From positions 11,551 to 75,550 of the forward strand of contig JAACFM010000002.1 in NCBI GenBank assembly GCA_009937445.1: a stretch of 64,000 nucleotides of DNA. The letters are read 5' to 3'. Made by a program: the position numbers and the translations under genes. The stretch is from Gammaproteobacteria bacterium. Its GTDB lineage: Bacteria; Pseudomonadota; Gammaproteobacteria; Steroidobacterales; Woeseiaceae. The notes under the pieces were generated by a model. It saw only the letters and a list, made by a program, of their open reading frames with translations. It did not search any database and was not told the origin of the DNA. Positions within the stretch are counted from its first letter, which is position 1. Each line of letters starts with the position of its first letter. Positions 50,747-59,630 of this stretch are shown piece after piece.

Positions 50747-52215
50747 GCTCCCAGCTTCACGTAGGCATCGAGACCGTGCAACCCACCTTCGCGCCCGACA
50801 CCACTTTCCTTGTAACCGCCAAACGGTGACGTCGGATCGAACTTGTTAAAAGTATTGGCCCAGACAACGCCGGCACGAATGTCCTGCGTCATCTTGAAAA
50901 TCTTCGAACCCTTGTCCGTCCATATTCCGCCCGACAACCCGTAAGGCGTATTGTTTGCTTTGGTTAACGCTTCGTCGTAGCGACGGAACGTCTGGATGGC
51001 CAGCACCGGCCCGAATATCTCTTCCTGCACCACGCGGCTCGATTGCGAAACGCCGGTAAAGATCGTTGGGCGACACCAATAACCTTTCTTCGGAAGGCGG
51101 CAGGAGCTCTGGTGCATGTCCCCGCCCTCCGCTTTGCCGATCTTCAGATAGGACTGAATCTTCTCAAGCTGCATCGACGAGTTGATCGCCCCGATGTCCG
51201 TGTTCTTGTCCAGCGGATCGCCGACAATCAAAGTTTCCATCCGATCTTTCAACTTCGAGATAACTTCATCCGCAACCGATTCCTGAACAAATAGCCGCGA
51301 GCCTGCGCAGCAAACATGTCCCTGATTAAAGAAGATACCGTTGACGATGCCCTCAACCGCCTGATCGATGGCGGCGTCAGCAAATATGATGTTGGCCGCT
51401 TTTCCACCCAGTTCCAGCGTGTACTTTTTGTTGGTGCCCGCGAGCGCTTTCTGAATGATTCGACCGACATTTGTTGAACCCGTAAAGGCGACTTTATCCA
51501 CGCCGGAGTGTTCGACAATGGCCGCGCCAGTGGCACCCGCGCCGGTCACAATATTAACAACGCCGGGCGGCAATCCTGCTTCAGCGACGACCTCTGCAAG
51601 CTTCAGCGCCGTTAACGGCGTTGTCTCAGCCGGCTTCAATACAACCGTATTACCACAGGCCAGGGCCGGCGCGATCTTCCAGGCGGCCATCAATAAGGGG
51701 AAATTCCACGGTATTACCTGACCCGCGACGCCCAGCGACTTTGCTGTTCGCCCCGGAAAAGCGTACTCGAGTTTGTCGGCCCAGCCGGCATAGTAAAAGA
51801 AGTGGGCAGCGGCCAACGGCACATCGATGTCACGGGATTCGCGAATCGGTTTGCCACCATCAAGCGTCTCGATAACCGAAAACTCCCGGGCTCGCTCCTG
51901 CATGATGCGTGCAATGCGGTAAATGTATTTGCCTCGCTCCGCGGGTTTCATACGACCCCATGGACCGCGATAAGCCTCCCGTGCCGCTTTGACCGCCTTA
52001 TCAACATCAGCCTGACTCGCGTCGGCGACACGACTGAGCTTTTCCTCGGTCGCCGGATTCACCGTGTCGAAGTACTTGCCTTTTTCGGGCTTTACAAAGT
52101 CGCCGTTAATAAACAGGCCGTAACGACTCTTTACTTTGATGTGGTCCGTACTCTCCGGTGCCGGGTCATATCCCCAGCCACCATCGAACGCGAGTTTATT
52201 CTCAGTTACCGCCAT
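50743..52215 (-). CDS. NAD(P)-dependent aldehyde dehydrogenase
   Basis: 490 aa. LELGGKAANII and FFNQGHVCCAGSRLFV (catalytic Cys) are present. Confidence 0.9.
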   Translation of the reverse strand: MAVTENKLAFDGGWGYDPAPESTDHIKVKSRYGLFINGDFVKPEKGKYFDTVNPATEEKLSRVADASQADVDKAVKAAREAYRGPWGRMKPAERGKYIYRIARIMQERAREFSVIETLDGGKPIRESRDIDVPLAAAHFFYYAGWADKLEYAFPGRTAKSLGVAGQVIPWNFPLLMAAWKIAPALACGNTVVLKPAETTPLTALKLAEVVAEAGLPPGVVNIVTGAGATGAAIVEHSGVDKVAFTGSTNVGRIIQKALAGTNKKYTLELGGKAANIIFADAAIDQAVEGIVNGIFFNQGHVCCAGSRLFVQESVADEVISKLKDRMETLIVGDPLDKNTDIGAINSSMQLEKIQSYLKIGKAEGGDMHQSSCRLPKKGYWCRPTIFTGVSQSSRVVQEEIFGPVLAIQTFRRYDEALTKANNTPYGLSGGIWTDKGSKIFKMTQDIRAGVVWANTFNKFDPTSPFGGYKESGVGREGGLHGLDAYVKLGA

Positions 52216-52259
52216 AACATGCTGCCCCGTAGGAGCGGCCCCAAGGCCGCGATTCCCCG

Positions 52260-53189
52260 TTAATCTTTAGAAAAATAATCAGGCGACTGATAAACACCCG
52301 TCGACTGCTTCATCAATTGCATCAAAACATCATTAGCCAGCGAACTCGCACCAAATCGAAACCACTCCGGCGTCATCCAGGCATTGCCGAGCGTTTCGTG
52401 CAGCATGACCAGGTAATGAATGGCCAGCTTGGACGTCGAGATCCCGCCCGCAGGCTTCATGCCGACCATCTTGCCCGTCTCTTTGTAGAAATCCCGTATC
52501 GCCTGCAGCATAACCAGGGTCACCTGCATCGTCGCCGCGGGTTGTATCTTACCCGTGGACGTTTTGATGAAGTCTGCGCCGGCGTGCATGGCCAGGACGC
52601 TCGCTTTACGCACGCGATCCAGCGTGCCGAGCTCGCCGGTTTCCAGAATCACTTTGAGGTGCACATCGCCGCACGCCTCTTTGACTGCGACAATTTCGTC
52701 GAAAACATATCGATAATCTCCGGCCAGAAACCTGCCTCGCGAAATGACCATATCGATTTCTGTCGCACCCGCTTTCACCGCCATGCGCGTATCATCGAGC
52801 TTTACTTTCAACGTCGACATGCCGCTCGGGAATGCCGTTGCAACAGATGCGATATTGATGTCATGACCAGCGAGTGCTTCCTTGGCGACGCTGACCATTG
52901 TGGGATAAACACACACGGCCGCAACGTGTGGCAAACCCGGCAATGCATCATGCAGATGGATCGCCTTCTGACACAATTGCTTGACCTTGCCCGGCGTGTC
53001 CTGACCCTCCAGCGTCGTCAGGTCAATCATGCTCAGAATAAGTTTTAGTGCTTCGACCTTGGCCGCTTTCTTAATGCTGCGGGTCTGAAACCGCGCAACG
53101 CGCTCATTAACACCGACCTCATCAACGGCCGGAATACGGCTGAGATCGGGCAGCCGCGCCGACTTCTTTTTTAGTGCAGTCAAAGCCAC
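52260..53189 (-). CDS. deoC: Deoxyribose-phosphate aldolase, long (DERA-like) form
   Basis: IDLTTLEG, FIKTSTGK (Schiff-base Lys context), KPAGGI. I preferred GTG 53189 (AGGGG SD-like just upstream; N-terminal length then matches long DERAs) over TTG 53210. Confidence 0.85.
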   Translation of the reverse strand: MALTALKKKSARLPDLSRIPAVDEVGVNERVARFQTRSIKKAAKVEALKLILSMIDLTTLEGQDTPGKVKQLCQKAIHLHDALPGLPHVAAVCVYPTMVSVAKEALAGHDINIASVATAFPSGMSTLKVKLDDTRMAVKAGATEIDMVISRGRFLAGDYRYVFDEIVAVKEACGDVHLKVILETGELGTLDRVRKASVLAMHAGADFIKTSTGKIQPAATMQVTLVMLQAIRDFYKETGKMVGMKPAGGISTSKLAIHYLVMLHETLGNAWMTPEWFRFGASSLANDVLMQLMKQSTGVYQSPDYFSKD

Positions 53190-53193
53190 GCCC

Positions 53194-53868
53194 CTACTTC
53201 CCGGCCACAACGGTTTCGAGCGCGACCAGAATCATCTCATCAAAGGTGGTCGCCCTTTCATCCGCAGTAAGCGCAGCACCGCTTGGGATGTCATCGCTTA
53301 CTGTGCAAATCGCCAGTGCCTCTGCATTATTCTCAGCGGCGATGGGAAAGATCCCGGCCGCTTCCATCTCGATGCCGTATACATTGTATTTCGCCATCGT
53401 TTCGAACATGTCCGGGTCCGGCGTGTAGAAGAGGTCCGCCGAGAAAATATTGCCCACGTGATAGCGGACATTCGCAGCCTTCGCCGCTGCCACCGCTTTT
53501 TCCACGAGATCGAAGCTCGCCAGCGCGGCAAAATCGTAACCGCCGAAACGCATGCGATTGCAGTTTGAATCGGTAGATGCACCCATCGCGATAATGATGT
53601 CCCGTAGGATAACGCGCTTAACGCCGTACTCGGTGATGAGCTCTGTGCAGTAGATCGATGCAGAAGGAATCCCCATGCCATGCGCCATCACGGAGACCGG
53701 CTGTCCTTTGTATTCACCGGTGAATCCCCACATATTGCGCACGTCACTCACACGCCGAACCTTGTCGAGATAGGTTTCGGCGATATATTGGGCACGCAAT
53801 GGGTCACCCGGCATCAGCACCGTTGCGGCGAAATCGCCCGGTGCTGCATTCATATGTTTAGTTGCCAT
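53194..53868 (-). CDS. deoD: Purine nucleoside phosphorylase DeoD-type, with an in-frame ~13-aa gap relative to E. coli DeoD
   Basis: Collinear with E. coli DeoD from MATKHMNA...[15 protein letters not shown] to the C-terminus. The exception is that ...GVKRVI|LRDIIIAMG lacks the [13 protein letters not shown] segment. Confidence 0.8.
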   Translation of the reverse strand: MATKHMNAAPGDFAATVLMPGDPLRAQYIAETYLDKVRRVSDVRNMWGFTGEYKGQPVSVMAHGMGIPSASIYCTELITEYGVKRVILRDIIIAMGASTDSNCNRMRFGGYDFAALASFDLVEKAVAAAKAANVRYHVGNIFSADLFYTPDPDMFETMAKYNVYGIEMEAAGIFPIAAENNAEALAICTVSDDIPSGAALTADERATTFDEMILVALETVVAGK

Positions 53869-53886
53869 TTTTTGTTGTTCTCTTAA

Positions 53887-54654
53887 TTACCACTTACCTT
53901 GTGTCGACATACCCCCATCGACGATCAGGTTGGCGCCACTGATCCAGCGGGCTGCCGGGCTAAGGAGAAACAATACCGCGTCCGCGACGTCATTGGGAGC
54001 CCCGATGCGACCGAGGGGCACCCGCTCCAGCCAGCGAGCAACCCCGTCGGGCCAGTCCTTCTGCAGTCCTTCCCGGTCAATCAGCCCGGGCGATACCGTA
54101 TTGACCCGAATCCGGGCCGCGCCGAATTCCAGCGCTGCGGCGCGCGTCAACATCACCAGGCCCGCTTTGCTGGTCGCATAATGCCCATGGCCCAAAGCCG
54201 GGTCCAGGCCCTCGATAGAAGCAATATTCACGATGGCGCCGCCTCTGTCCGCTGCGGACCAGGCCCCCGCCGCGCGTTGGGTCACAAGAAACGCGCTATC
54301 AAGATTAGCCGCCATCATCAGGCGCCAGTCCGAGAAACTCATGTCGGCAAGATTCTGCACAGTTTGCACAGCCGCATTGTTCACGACCATCGTTGCAGCG
54401 GCAGAATCCAGCATCGCGTCCACGGAGGCTTTGTTGGTCAGATCCGCGCCAATGACCCGGCCTGTCCCCAATCGTTCGATCAACGCTGCCGCCGCAGCCG
54501 CGTTCTGATGATAGTGAGCGATGACGGTCGCTCCCGCCTCGGCCAGACGGGCGGCGATTCCCTGACCAATATTGCCGCTCGCGCCCGTAACCAGAATCTG
54601 TTCACCGGATAAATCCAGTAAATCCACTACCGCCTTCGTTTCCGGCTTTGCCAC
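53887..54654 (-). CDS. Short-chain dehydrogenase/reductase (SDR)
   Basis: TGASGNIGQGIA cofactor motif and YATSKAG catalytic motif. GTG start preceded by AGGAGA. Confidence 0.85.
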   Translation of the reverse strand: MAKPETKAVVDLLDLSGEQILVTGASGNIGQGIAARLAEAGATVIAHYHQNAAAAAALIERLGTGRVIGADLTNKASVDAMLDSAAATMVVNNAAVQTVQNLADMSFSDWRLMMAANLDSAFLVTQRAAGAWSAADRGGAIVNIASIEGLDPALGHGHYATSKAGLVMLTRAAALEFGAARIRVNTVSPGLIDREGLQKDWPDGVARWLERVPLGRIGAPNDVADAVLFLLSPAARWISGANLIVDGGMSTQGKW

Positions 54655-54692
54655 ACTAGTCTCCTGTCTTGCAGTCAGGGTATTGTCTACCG

Positions 54693-55043
54693 ATGAACGA
54701 CAAAGCGAAACCTGACGAATTCTGGACCTCGGAACGCTGCTACATCACCGAATTACTGAATCACGGCCAGACGCCCGAGGTCTCAATTGCGCGAACCCGC
54801 GTTGAGCCTACCGTAACAACACAGCTGCATTCACTGTCGGTAGCCGAATGGTACGTCATCGAGGCTGGCACAGGCATCATGACCGTCGGTGAGGAGATGC
54901 CCCGACGTGTTGGCGCCGGCGATGTCGTTTGCATACCCAGAGGGTCGCCGCAAATGATTTTTAACGACGGCGAAAATGACCTGGTATTTCTGTGTGTCTG
55001 CGCACCGAAATTTTCCCCGGAATGCTACACCTCACTGGAATAA
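54693..55043 (+). CDS. Cupin domain protein
   Basis: Small beta-barrel pattern (HSLSVAEWYVIEAGTG...GDVVCIPRG). I preferred ATG 54693 over TTG 54669. Confidence 0.6.
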   Translation: MNDKAKPDEFWTSERCYITELLNHGQTPEVSIARTRVEPTVTTQLHSLSVAEWYVIEAGTGIMTVGEEMPRRVGAGDVVCIPRGSPQMIFNDGENDLVFLCVCAPKFSPECYTSLE

Positions 55044-55083
55044 CGGCGCTATACTCGGCACACGCGTAGTCAGGAGACTCACA

Positions 55084-57408
55084 ATGCGTGGTAAAAAACC
55101 AACAAAAACAAAGCAAGGTGCACTGCGCCTCGGCTTAAGCGCCCTTGCTATAGCCGGTTTCTTTGCGGCGCCAGCGAGCGCCCAGATGGAAGGAATTCTG
55201 GAAGAAATCATCGTCACAGCCCAGAAACGTGAAGAATCGCTGCAGGACGTGCCGATTTCCGTTGCGACGATGCAGGGTGAAAACCTCAATGCACTGTTTT
55301 CCGGCAGTGAGGACATTCTCGCACTTTCGGGCCGCGTTCCCGGCCTCTACGCCGAGTCCTCCAACGGACGTTCGGCACCTCGCTTTTACATGCGCGGCCT
55401 CGGCAACATCGACTTTGATCTGGCGGCATCGCAGCCTGTCTCGCTGATCATGGACGAAGTCGTCATGGAGAACGTCGTACTTAAAGGCTTCCCTTTATTT
55501 GACGTCGCCAACATCGAAGTCATCCGCGGCCCGCAGGGCACGCTGTTCGGGCGCAACACCACAGCGGGCATCGTGAAGATCAATACCCGTCGGCCGAGTG
55601 ATGAGTTTAACGGCTACGTAAGAGGTTCTTACGCGAATTTCGGCACGATGAATGTTGAAGGCGCCGTCGGCGGTAGTCTGATCGACAACACACTGACCGC
55701 ACGCGCATCCGTGCTACATCGCTCCCGCGACAACTGGATCACCAATGGCAATACCGGGCAAAAGTCCCTGGGTCGCTTTAAGGAATCGGCGGTTCGCCTG
55801 CAGTTCGACTGGCAGATTACAGACAGACTATCGGCCCTGGTTTCGCACCAAAACCGCAGCCTTGACGGAACGTCATCTATTTTCCGGGCTAACGTTTTCT
55901 CAACCGGAAGTGCTGCGCTGAACCAGAACTATGATCGTGAAGTGGTTTATTACGACGGCGGTGATAACAATCCGCAGGAATATCAAACCCACGGAACGAC
56001 GTTGAACCTGACCTGGGATCTCGACAACGTCAGTCTCAACTCCATTACGTCATTCCAGAAGGCTGATGGCTACAGCCGCGGCGATATCGATGGTGGCGTT
56101 GTGAATATCTTCTCTACCCCGACACCTCCTTCTGGCATTACGTTCGCGGACATAGAAGTATTCGGACTTCCGGCACGGACGTGGCCGGGACCGATCTTCA
56201 CGCCCTCTGTAACACAGGACGGTGCGGACACCGACCAGTTCACGCAGGAATTCCGCCTCTCGAGCAATGGCGAAGGCCGCTTCAACTGGCAGGTCGGTGC
56301 GTTCTACTTCAGTTCCGACCTCGTGGTGACAACGGACTCATTCGCCTCCTACGGCTTCAACCCAAACAACGTGCAGGACACGAAGATTCAGCAGGAAAAC
56401 ACGGCTTGGGCCGTATTTGGCCAGGGTAGCTACGACGTTACCGACCGCCTCACACTGACCGCTGGCGTCCGCTATACGGATGACGAAAAAGACTTCCGGG
56501 TTCTGCAGTTCGGTCAACTCTGGCTGGATATCGGTATACCGCAATTCCTCGCACCACCGATCAACGAATCCGACGGCCAGGCGAGCTGGGACCTCAGTGC
56601 GAACTTCGCGCTGACAGACCAGTCAAGTTTGTACGCACGCTTTGCGAACGGCTTCCGTGCACCATCGATTCAGGGTCGTGATGTGGCATTCCTGCAGTTC
56701 CCATCGGTCGCCAATGCCGAGACAATCAACTCATTTGAAGCCGGTTATAAGGCCGATTACTTCGACGGACGCGCCCGTCTGAACCTGGCGGTATTCAAGT
56801 ATGAAGTGGACGACATGCAATTGTCGGTCATCGGCGGTGCATCAAATATTAATACCGTCATCAACGCGAACCAGGGAGACGCGCAAGGCTTCGAAATTGA
56901 CGCGGACTTCATGTTGGGCGAATTCATACTGGTCAGCGTGGGATCAGCGTACAACGACACCGAAATCAAGGACCCGACACTGGGTTCCAACCCTTGTGGT
57001 TCAGGACTTTGCACACCACTTGACCCGGTCAACCCGGCAGATCCAAATCAGGTGCTGATCGGCGGTAACCCCTTCCCGCGTGCGCCCAAGACGACGCAAA
57101 ACCTGAACATTCGGGCACACATGCCGTATGGCGATGGTGAGTGGTACGCAGCAACAGACTGGGTCTGGTACGGCAAGATCAATATGCCGCTGTACGAAGC
57201 GGTTGAGTTCCAAACCGACGGCCAGTTTGAAGGCGGTCTTCGCGTCGGCTACCAGCATCACAGCAAAGGCCTTGATGTCTCCGTCTTCGCTCGCAACCTG
57301 ACGGATGAAGATAACGTCCTCGGCTTCGTCGACTTCAGTAACAACACTGGTTTTGTTAACGAACCGCGCACCTACGGTATCCAGGTCAATTGGGAATTCG
57401 GCGACTAA
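55084..57408 (+). CDS. TonB-dependent outer-membrane receptor
   Basis: Signal peptide ending ASAQ and plug (IIVTAQKREESLQDVPISV). Long barrel with a C-terminal aromatic region (VNWEFGD). ATG 55084 is preceded by GGAGA; the ORF-track start at 54976 overlaps the cupin gene. Confidence 0.9.
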   Translation: MRGKKPTKTKQGALRLGLSALAIAGFFAAPASAQMEGILEEIIVTAQKREESLQDVPISVATMQGENLNALFSGSEDILALSGRVPGLYAESSNGRSAPRFYMRGLGNIDFDLAASQPVSLIMDEVVMENVVLKGFPLFDVANIEVIRGPQGTLFGRNTTAGIVKINTRRPSDEFNGYVRGSYANFGTMNVEGAVGGSLIDNTLTARASVLHRSRDNWITNGNTGQKSLGRFKESAVRLQFDWQITDRLSALVSHQNRSLDGTSSIFRANVFSTGSAALNQNYDREVVYYDGGDNNPQEYQTHGTTLNLTWDLDNVSLNSITSFQKADGYSRGDIDGGVVNIFSTPTPPSGITFADIEVFGLPARTWPGPIFTPSVTQDGADTDQFTQEFRLSSNGEGRFNWQVGAFYFSSDLVVTTDSFASYGFNPNNVQDTKIQQENTAWAVFGQGSYDVTDRLTLTAGVRYTDDEKDFRVLQFGQLWLDIGIPQFLAPPINESDGQASWDLSANFALTDQSSLYARFANGFRAPSIQGRDVAFLQFPSVANAETINSFEAGYKADYFDGRARLNLAVFKYEVDDMQLSVIGGASNINTVINANQGDAQGFEIDADFMLGEFILVSVGSAYNDTEIKDPTLGSNPCGSGLCTPLDPVNPADPNQVLIGGNPFPRAPKTTQNLNIRAHMPYGDGEWYAATDWVWYGKINMPLYEAVEFQTDGQFEGGLRVGYQHHSKGLDVSVFARNLTDEDNVLGFVDFSNNTGFVNEPRTYGIQVNWEFGD

Positions 57409-58313
57409 TTCGTCCATTAGTACTTTTGCTGGTTGTCGCTGGCTGCTCAAACGCTGAGCACCCAGCGACACTGGCGTTTGCGGTCAGTGGGCGCCTCGAA
57501 GACTCCAACATCCGCGAAGCCAGCGGCCTCGCTCAATCACAACGACAAGCCGATCTTCTCTGGATCATCAATGACAACGGCGCGAAGGAATGGCTACACG
57601 CCATAGATCACTCCGGCGCCCGCCGCGGTGAATTCAGGCTCAAAAAGTCACGCAACGTGGACTGGGAAGACCTCGCCTCGTTTCGACTCGACGACATGCC
57701 CTACCTGATGATTGCCGACATCGGCGATAACGATGCCAAGCGCGATTTTCGCACGCTGTATTTTGTCGAAGAACCGAAGCCTAAAAAGAAGGCCGACAAG
57801 AAACTCGACTGGCGGATCGATTTCTCCTATCCCGACGGACCCCGCGATGCCGAAGCCGCTGCGGTGGACATGGAGCAGCAACGCGCATTGATTTTGTCCA
57901 AGCGCGACATGCCACCACGTCTGTATGCAGTACCTCTGCGCGACGATTCTGAAACAATTCTGACCGCCACCAAGCTCGGAACCGTCACCAGCCTGCAGAA
58001 ACCCTCACGACGAGATGTTGAATTCGCGCCCAAAACAAAGGACTGGTACTGGCAACCGGTTGGCATGGATATCTCATCTGACAACAAGGCGGCTGTCATC
58101 CTGACTTACCGAGCCGTGTATTTTTATCAACGACAAGCAGATCAAAGCTGGCTGGACGCGCTCAACACGAAGCCCATCCGGGTCAGCCTCGGCAATTTCA
58201 AGAACGCCGAATCGATCGCGTTCGGCAACGACGAGCGATTGATTTTCGTCACGGGCGAAAACAAGCACTCACGAGTATTGCGCATAGACCTTGGCGGAGA
58301 AACAGCACAATGA
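57390..58313 (+). CDS. Lipoprotein of unknown function, possibly beta-propeller (phytase-like / SdiA-regulated-like)
   Basis: Lipobox LLVVAGCS. IREASGLA...LWIINDNG...DWEDLA...IADIGDN pattern. The TTG start overlaps the receptor stop, and an ATGA overlap leads into the next gene. Confidence 0.5.
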   Translation: MGIRRLIRPLVLLLVVAGCSNAEHPATLAFAVSGRLEDSNIREASGLAQSQRQADLLWIINDNGAKEWLHAIDHSGARRGEFRLKKSRNVDWEDLASFRLDDMPYLMIADIGDNDAKRDFRTLYFVEEPKPKKKADKKLDWRIDFSYPDGPRDAEAAAVDMEQQRALILSKRDMPPRLYAVPLRDDSETILTATKLGTVTSLQKPSRRDVEFAPKTKDWYWQPVGMDISSDNKAAVILTYRAVYFYQRQADQSWLDALNTKPIRVSLGNFKNAESIAFGNDERLIFVTGENKHSRVLRIDLGGETAQ

Positions 58314-59374
58314 AAGTCAACTTTTTACGCCTGACACTGATCGTACCGGCGGTCTTTCTAATCGCCTGTTCGACCGAGGAAATTCAGGTGATATCCGTGA
58401 CGGTGATGTCCTTCAATGTGCAAAACCTGTTCGACAACCACGACGACGCTGGCAAAGACGACAAAGCCTATTTGCCGATCGAAGCAAAGCAGGATGAAAC
58501 TCATACAGCAGCATGCAACGAAATCCAGGTCGAAAGCTGGCGGGATGAGTGCCTCAATCTTGACTGGAGCAATCTGGCGATCGAGGTAAAGCTCACGGCG
58601 CTCGCCAGGACCATCCGACAGGTCAATAACGGCAAGGGCGCCGACATTATCGCTTTGCAGGAAGTCGAAAACCTATCGATTCTCGACAAACTACGAACGG
58701 AAAAACTGGCTGACCTCGGCTATCAGGCCCCGATACTGATAGAGGGAACGGATGCGCGCGGCATCGATGTTGCCATTCTGTCCAGGCTGCCTTTGGCTAA
58801 TGAACCGCAATTGCACCCACTTGTCCTGGCGGACTTTCCAGACCGGGCTGGCGATACTCGCGGTGTCTTGCAGGCGACATTTGTTTTGCCGGACGAATCG
58901 CTGTTGACAGCATTCAGCGTGCATTTCCCAGCGCCGTTTCACCCGACCCAGATGCGCGTCGCAGCCTATCAGCATCTCGCCAGTCTGCTCGCCGCGCTGC
59001 CTGACGACCATCACGCGTTTGCAGCGGGTGACTTCAACACAACCAGCAAAGAAGATGCCGACGTCGGCATGCTGGATAAGTATGCCCGCCCACACTGGAC
59101 GCTCGCCCACGACGTCGGCTGTTCCGAGTGCAAAGGCAGCTACTTTTACGGCGGCGACTCGACCTGGTCATTTCTGGATATGATTTTCTTCGCACCGGCG
59201 CGTGGCGGAAAAACAACAGCGCAAATTCGCGGGGATTCCGTGTCGATCGCGAACGACTATGCGCCGCAAGTCGGCGAAACGGGTACGCCGGAACGCTTTG
59301 TGAGTGCAAAAGGGACCGGTGTTTCAGACCACTGGCCAATGATCGCAACGATCGAATTCGCGGAAAAACAATAG
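58310..59374 (+). CDS. Endonuclease/exonuclease/phosphatase (EEP) family lipoprotein
   Basis: Lipobox FLIACS. EEP motifs VMSFNVQNLFD, IIALQEVEN, GDFN, SDHWPMIATI. Confidence 0.85.
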   Translation: MKVNFLRLTLIVPAVFLIACSTEEIQVISVTVMSFNVQNLFDNHDDAGKDDKAYLPIEAKQDETHTAACNEIQVESWRDECLNLDWSNLAIEVKLTALARTIRQVNNGKGADIIALQEVENLSILDKLRTEKLADLGYQAPILIEGTDARGIDVAILSRLPLANEPQLHPLVLADFPDRAGDTRGVLQATFVLPDESLLTAFSVHFPAPFHPTQMRVAAYQHLASLLAALPDDHHAFAAGDFNTTSKEDADVGMLDKYARPHWTLAHDVGCSECKGSYFYGGDSTWSFLDMIFFAPARGGKTTAQIRGDSVSIANDYAPQVGETGTPERFVSAKGTGVSDHWPMIATIEFAEKQ

Positions 59375-59630
59375 CTTGTAAGCATTTCGTAACTTGAATT
59401 ATGGATTTTGATTTTTCGCGCGGTAAAAGTCTTGAGTCTGCCCTGCTAATCTACCCACAAAGCCTTATTGCGTAAGCATTTTCGCTGCGTTAGATTTACG
59501 CCACAAACGCAAAAAGAGTCCGTTATGACGTCGTTTCCGGCTGATTCGGACACCTTAAAGTAATAGAGCGAAACCTCTTTGTCACAATCGTGATACGGAC
59601 TTTCGCATTTTTCCAAAGCGGGGATTCAAA

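Noticed and set aside
59578-59596. Pho box or CRP site upstream of the large TonB receptor (TTGTCACAATCGTGATAC)
   Set aside because: Only the first 7-mer resembles CTGTCAT and the second repeat does not. The half-sites are in the wrong order and spacing for CRP (TGTGA-N6-TCACA).
59375-59630. Cobalamin (or other) riboswitch in the receptor leader, and a purine riboswitch in 43508-43618 upstream of uraH
   Set aside because: I could find no B12-box-like GCCACTG core and no purine-riboswitch conserved junction sequences or three-way helical arrangement by eye. An Infernal scan would be needed to be certain.
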